From assembly GCA_963666985.2 (NCBI GenBank), contig CAXXIA010000001.1, positions 1,440,001-1,504,000 on the forward strand: a DNA stretch of 64,000 nt, read 5' to 3'. The notes beneath the pieces are model-generated. The model was not told the origin of the DNA, searched no databases, and saw nothing but the letters and a program-made list of their open reading frames with translations. This document shows positions 59,201 through 64,000 of the stretch, piece by piece. Numbering within the stretch: position 1 is the stretch's first letter; every line of letters begins with the position of its first letter. Made by a program: the position numbers and the translations under genes. Origin of the DNA: Spirochaetia bacterium (lineage in GTDB: Bacteria; Spirochaetota; Spirochaetia; DSM-2461).

Positions 59201-59225
59201 AAATCGTCCCATTCAAGGAGGGAAC

Positions 59226-60086
59226 ATGATTATTAATCATAATATGAGCGCCATTAATGCGAATCGACAGCTCGGCCTTGTGAACCGATCCACCATGCAG
59301 TCCATGGAAAAACTTGCCAGCGGACTGAGGATTAACAAAGCCGGTGACGATGCATCCGGTTTGGCGGTCAGTGAGAAGATGCGGTCCCAGATCCGCGGTC
59401 TGAATCAGGCCGTTCGGAATATCGAAGACGGCGTTTCCTTTATCCAGACAACCGAAGGTTACCTTCAGGAGTCACAGGATATACTGCACCGTATCCGGGA
59501 ACTGTCGGTTCAAGCCGCGAACGGTATTTATTCGTCCGAGGATCGAATGCAGATCCAGGTTGAGGTTTCTCAGCTTGTCGACGAAATCAACCGTATCGCT
59601 TCCCATGCTCAGTTCAACGGTATGAACATTCTGACCGGTCGGTTCGCCGACAGCACCACCGAAGACCCCGACAGAATCATGCAGCTTCAGGTCGGTGCCA
59701 ACATGGATCAGTCTGAAAAAATCAATATCGGAACAATGACGGCTCAGGCATTGGGTCTGGCCAACGAGCAGGGAGAAGGCGGCATCGTTACCATTGAATC
59801 CGTCGAAGACGCGAACCGAACCATCGGTCTCGTGGATGAGGCGTTGAAGAAGGTTAACAAGCAAAGGGCTGACCTCGGCGCTTATCAGAATCGGTTCGAA
59901 ATGGCCTCCAAGGGTGTGGCGATTGCCGCGGAAAACCTCCAGGCAGCCGAATCCCAAATCCGGGATGCCAATATGGCTTCTCAGATGGTCGACTATACGA
60001 AGAACTCGATTCTCACTCAGGCCGGCACATCAATGCTGGCTCAAGCCAACATGCGGACCCAGTCCGTACTTCAGCTGTTGGGATAA
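59226..60086 (+). CDS. flaB: Flagellar filament core protein FlaB (second paralog)
   Basis: Same flagellin terminal motifs as the first copy; divergent central region. Confidence 0.98.
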   Translation: MIINHNMSAINANRQLGLVNRSTMQSMEKLASGLRINKAGDDASGLAVSEKMRSQIRGLNQAVRNIEDGVSFIQTTEGYLQESQDILHRIRELSVQAANGIYSSEDRMQIQVEVSQLVDEINRIASHAQFNGMNILTGRFADSTTEDPDRIMQLQVGANMDQSEKINIGTMTAQALGLANEQGEGGIVTIESVEDANRTIGLVDEALKKVNKQRADLGAYQNRFEMASKGVAIAAENLQAAESQIRDANMASQMVDYTKNSILTQAGTSMLAQANMRTQSVLQLLG

Positions 60087-60268
60087 GAATCGGCTGAAGA
60101 TTCCGTCCAAGACAATTAAGTGGAAAAGAGATCTGGACGTCATCTTTTCCACGGGAAAACCGGAGAGGACGCGTCCCTCTCCGGGATTACCCATTCGGAG
60201 AGAAGAGGACACAGGCACCCATACTAGGGCAACAGCCATGGTGCCGAACGATACTGAGGAGGTGAAAC

Positions 60269-60601
60269 ATGGATGTAGCGCGCCTCACAACCGCGACCGC
60301 GATCGGGAACATGGACGTTCCGCGGGGTCGAGTGAGCGACGCCGGAAGCCCTCCGACGGAACAGGCGAAAGTCGCTCCTCCCCCGGAACCTGATAAAACG
60401 CATGTCAAAGCCGTTCTCGACAAAATCATCCGCAACACACGGTTTCAATATGACATCAAGGATGAGCTGGGCTATTTCATAGTCAGAATCATCGACCAGG
60501 ATACCGATAAAATAATCAGAGAAATTCCGTCGAGAGAGCTTCAAAAGGTTCACGAGGGCATCGAGCAGGCCCTGGGTCTCCTTTTCGACGAGTTTATCTG
60601 A
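60269..60601 (+). CDS. flaG: Flagellar protein FlaG
   Basis: VRIID..T..IIREIP.E...GLLFD; located between flagellin and fliD. Confidence 0.9.
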   Translation: MDVARLTTATAIGNMDVPRGRVSDAGSPPTEQAKVAPPPEPDKTHVKAVLDKIIRNTRFQYDIKDELGYFIVRIIDQDTDKIIREIPSRELQKVHEGIEQALGLLFDEFI

Positions 60602-60825
60602 AAACGGCGGATGCCGGCCCCGGCGGCGGGATATTCGGCATGCCGCGGGTATCCTGCCGGAAATCCGAAATACGTGATATGTTTCTCGGCAGGGCCCTCG
60701 TATGAGCGATGGGAAGAACCACCCAAAGGGCTTCTTTCCGTCACTCCTGCTTTCGGGTATACGGCCCATGCCGCCGGGAATCGACCGGTTTGATTCTCGG
60801 GCCTGCCTTTGAGGAAGGGTGGTTA

Positions 60826-62862
60826 GTGTCGGATATCAGCATCCCCGGAGTTTCGTCAAAATACAACACCTCAAAACTCATCGAAGACTTGGTTGCGGCC
60901 GAACGTATTCGCCTGACCCGCATGGAGGAGAATGTCTCCGAACTGGAGGAAACCCGCTCCACCTGGAGGCAGGTAAACATGGATCTGGGCGATTTGCAGC
61001 GTTCGGTGAAAAGCCTCTACGGATTTGACAATCCTTTTTCGGAAAAAAGCGCCGTAAGCTCAAACGAACGGATTTTAACGGCATCGGCCGGACGAACGGC
61101 GCCTTTCGACGAATATTCAATTACTGTAAAGCAAATAGCAACCGCCGACAGGTTCATCACTCCGTCGCTGGACCGCTCATTCAGGATGGAAGGAGGAACC
61201 TATACCTTCCGGATTGGTGAAGATTCCATTTCACTGCGATACAGGGGGGGCACACTCGAAGATTTCGCCGCACGGCTTAACGCCAAAGGCGAAGGTCTGA
61301 TTAAAGCCACCACGGTGCGTGATACATCCGAAACCCTGGTTCTGATGATCGAAGCCGTCCCTACCGGCGCCGCGAACAGACTGATTTTTGAAGACGACGC
61401 GAAGGATTTCGGAATACGAACGGGGATGATGAGGCCGGCCCGAACGGCGGAAGGTTCGGTCGCGCTTGAAGATGTCGCCGCATCGCCGCAAACAGTTTCG
61501 GGAACACCGGCGCCGAAAGGAAGCATTGAACTCTCGGGGGAAGGCATGGTCGTACGCCCCGGCGCATCGGTCAATTTGCCGTTTAATCCTCGGATGGAAC
61601 TTGAAGAGGGAATGATTCTTGAATACTCCTTCCGGACGATTGAATACAAAGATGACGAGCTCTCCCCGCCCGCTCCGCCGGGTCCGCTCTGGCCGGATGT
61701 TCCATCAGGCTCGTACCGCGGCCTCGAAGTCGCCAGTTCGCCCAACTCCTTTCCCATTCCCGAAGGTGAAAAGTGGGTACCGCCGGAGAGAAAAGACGAC
61801 TGGAATGTTTTAACGGCCAACGGGCCGGAAGGAGCCGCCGAGCTGCCTCCGATTCAAGCGTCGGAATCCTTCAAAACGGTTCGGGTAAACGCCGAGAGCC
61901 TCCCCGGAGGGGTCGATTCCCTCGCTCTTGAAAATGGGAACACTCATCGCGCCGTCGAGATAAAAGGAATCCGGCTGTACAATCCGAACAAGCAGGGCGA
62001 TCTTGAACCGGTATCGCCGATCGACACCGCGGGAGACGCCATTATCGAATTCCGCGGAATCCAGGCCAGACGGTCCACGAACGACATCACCGATCTTGTC
62101 GACGGTCTCACATTACATCTCAAAAGGGCCTCGAACGAGCCGGTGGATCTTTTAATCGAGCCTGATACCGAAGCGGCGAAGGAAGGCATTATCCGCTTTG
62201 TTTTTTCCTACAACCGAACCATAACGCGAGTTCTTGTTCTAACAACGGATAACGAGGAGGTTGTGGACGAACTCAGCTACTTAGACGACGATGAACGGGA
62301 GAAAATGCATGAACAGCTCGGAGCACTCAGAGGCGACATGACTCTCAATCAGCTGAAGTCCCGTCTGCAGGGTATTGTATCCAACCCTTATCCCACCAGG
62401 GCCGGATCCGATTTGACTCTGCTGGCGCAGATCGGTGTTTCCACGGATGCCTCTTCCGGCAGATCCGGGGGATCGATCGATCATTCGAAGCTTCGCGGCT
62501 ACCTGGAAATCGATGAAGAAAAACTCGACGACTTTCTTACAAACAATATCGACGCCGTGAAAGATTTATTCGGAAACGACACAACCGGAGATTTGGTCGT
62601 CGACAGCGGCGTGGCCCGAGCCGTGGACGAATACTTAACCCCCTACACGCAGACCGGGGGATTCGTCGGCATGCGTCTTTCCCGTATCGACAACCAAATC
62701 GATGATACGAAAGACGATATTGCCGATTACGAGGAATACCTGGAAGATTACGAGGCTGACTTACGCAGACAATATGGTAATATGGAGGCTATGCTTAATC
62801 AGCTGGAGCATAGTTCCCAAGAATTGGATAATTTCAACCGCCAACAAAGCGGTAACCGCTGA
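60826..62862 (+). CDS. fliD: Flagellar filament cap protein FliD
   Basis: SDISIPGV..KYNT..LIE.L..AER, V.QIATAD, R.TN.I.DL..G.TL.L, LR..Y..ME. GTG start at 60826. Confidence 0.92.
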   Translation: MSDISIPGVSSKYNTSKLIEDLVAAERIRLTRMEENVSELEETRSTWRQVNMDLGDLQRSVKSLYGFDNPFSEKSAVSSNERILTASAGRTAPFDEYSITVKQIATADRFITPSLDRSFRMEGGTYTFRIGEDSISLRYRGGTLEDFAARLNAKGEGLIKATTVRDTSETLVLMIEAVPTGAANRLIFEDDAKDFGIRTGMMRPARTAEGSVALEDVAASPQTVSGTPAPKGSIELSGEGMVVRPGASVNLPFNPRMELEEGMILEYSFRTIEYKDDELSPPAPPGPLWPDVPSGSYRGLEVASSPNSFPIPEGEKWVPPERKDDWNVLTANGPEGAAELPPIQASESFKTVRVNAESLPGGVDSLALENGNTHRAVEIKGIRLYNPNKQGDLEPVSPIDTAGDAIIEFRGIQARRSTNDITDLVDGLTLHLKRASNEPVDLLIEPDTEAAKEGIIRFVFSYNRTITRVLVLTTDNEEVVDELSYLDDDEREKMHEQLGALRGDMTLNQLKSRLQGIVSNPYPTRAGSDLTLLAQIGVSTDASSGRSGGSIDHSKLRGYLEIDEEKLDDFLTNNIDAVKDLFGNDTTGDLVVDSGVARAVDEYLTPYTQTGGFVGMRLSRIDNQIDDTKDDIADYEEYLEDYEADLRRQYGNMEAMLNQLEHSSQELDNFNRQQSGNR

Positions 62863-62873
62863 GAGGAACCGGC

Positions 62874-63740
62874 ATGAATATCACGATCAACGGAGAAAAC
62901 CTGGATTTCTCTTTAGAAAACGAAAGCACCGCCGGAGAAGTGGCGGACGGCGTGGCCGGCTGGCTTGAAAAAACCGGAATGATTATCGGGGGGATTTCCC
63001 TGGACGGAAAAGCCGCTCTCCTTGCGGACGAGCTCTGGAGAAAAACACCGATCGAAACCATAGGATCGATGGATTTTGAAGCGTTGAGCTATCGGGAAGG
63101 CGTCGCCCGCAGGCTTGAGACGGCCCGGGATTATTTTATTCTGCTGAAAGAATCCGCTGAAGCCGGCAATATCGACGCCTTATCGGAACTCTCCAAGAGT
63201 TACGTTGATTTAAATCATATAATGCCGTCGCTTCTCGATGAAAAAGGACGTCCGGCGCTGGTGCCCCTCATGGAAGAACGGCTGGCTGAAGCGGGTTTTC
63301 CCCTTGAAGCGAAGGGAGAAACGGATTTGACCGCAATAGCCGCCGAAGCGACGAATCTGGCCGTTGTTCTGGACGCCAGGTGGAAAGAGGCCGCCGATCC
63401 GGAAAAAGAAGCCGCTTCGGCATCGGCGGCCCTGCTCGCCCTCTCCGGCAGCCTCGAAGATGTCGCGGTCCTGCTCCAGACGGGCAAAGACAAACGCGCC
63501 ATGGATACCATCATCAGGCTTACGGAACTTCTTCAAGCGCTGATGAGATCGCTCAAATGGATCAATTACGACGAATCCGTCGAAAAGATCATTGAGGATT
63601 TCGCCGGGATTCTCTCGGAACTGGAAGAAGCCCTTAAGGCCGGAGACACCATTTTAATCGGCGATCTGATGGAATACGAAATTAAACCGCGCCTTGAGGA
63701 ACTACCGGACAGGCTGCATAAGGGAAAGGCCGCAACATGA
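62874..63740 (+). CDS. Conserved hypothetical protein downstream of fliD
   Basis: 288 aa with RBS; C-terminal L.EL..AL...D.ILIGDL.EYEI.P.L helix bundle. Confidence 0.75.
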   Translation: MNITINGENLDFSLENESTAGEVADGVAGWLEKTGMIIGGISLDGKAALLADELWRKTPIETIGSMDFEALSYREGVARRLETARDYFILLKESAEAGNIDALSELSKSYVDLNHIMPSLLDEKGRPALVPLMEERLAEAGFPLEAKGETDLTAIAAEATNLAVVLDARWKEAADPEKEAASASAALLALSGSLEDVAVLLQTGKDKRAMDTIIRLTELLQALMRSLKWINYDESVEKIIEDFAGILSELEEALKAGDTILIGDLMEYEIKPRLEELPDRLHKGKAAT

Positions 63741-64000
63741 TATCCATCCCCCTGCTGCAAAGTTCATTCTATCAAACAAAAACGGATTGGAAGACGATGG
63801 CCATACTCGGCGGGATTGTCGCCGCGGTCATTATTTTTCTCGCGGTTTACAGTCATGCATCATCGGGTCCCATGAAGGGACGGGGCGGAAAACGATTCAG
63901 CAAGAGACAGTTCCGCCGCGATGCGGCGGCCATCGGATTAACAAAATACCAGACACGGCTTCTTGAAAGCTTCATCCGGACATACCAAGTCCGCCGTCCG
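63737..64000 (+). CDS. Membrane-anchored protein, partial (runs off window end)
   Basis: ATGA overlap with the upstream stop; MISIPLLQSSFYQ...MAILGGIVAAVIIFLAVY..., open to the window end. Confidence 0.7.
   Translation, partial: MISIPLLQSSFYQTKTDWKTMAILGGIVAAVIIFLAVYSHASSGPMKGRGGKRFSKRQFRRDAAAIGLTKYQTRLLESFIRTYQVRRP

Noticed and set aside
58027..60086. Flagellin duplication as an assembly artefact or antigenic-variation cassette
   Set aside because: The paralogs differ at many synonymous sites and in the central region, each has its own RBS, and multiple FlaB genes are normal in spirochetes.

Overview
This is a 64-kb chromosomal segment from a spirochete (class Spirochaetia). The assignment is inferred from the FlaB-type flagellins, a PlzA-like PilZ protein, the cheW/DegT/nadK/recN gene order and Cys-less 'FAxGxxE' signal peptides. 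Both flanks are housekeeping. The left flank (1-16.8 kb) carries cdd, recN, nadK, cheW, a RimB-RimK fusion, pyk, adk and upp. The right flank (47.6-64 kb) carries tRNA-Lys/Glu, tyrA, pta, dapBA, infC-rpmI-rplT, zapB/zapA, plzA, two flagellins, flaG and fliD. Between them is a ~30-kb accessory region with two sugar ABC/glycosidase loci (GH127, GH4), a DUF2264 gene beside a membrane-anchored AraC regulator, znuACB, and a ~10-kb redox/aldehyde-stress cluster next to a YqhC-like AraC gene. No integrase, transposase, CRISPR array or rRNA was seen. The main unannotated signals are: (1) a 108-bp three-hairpin repeat in two inverted copies, (2) a duplicated 50-bp operator with exact 21-bp periodicity, (3) apparently leaderless promoters on at least five genes, (4) a possible exported flavodoxin/cytochrome-b/DUF362 redox module showing decay (frameshifted permease, cupin remnant), (5) a DegT-fold protein lacking its catalytic Lys next to cheW, and (6) CsrA-type hairpins and stacked sigma-28 promoters at the flagellins. 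All family calls come from motif recognition by eye; no searches were run.
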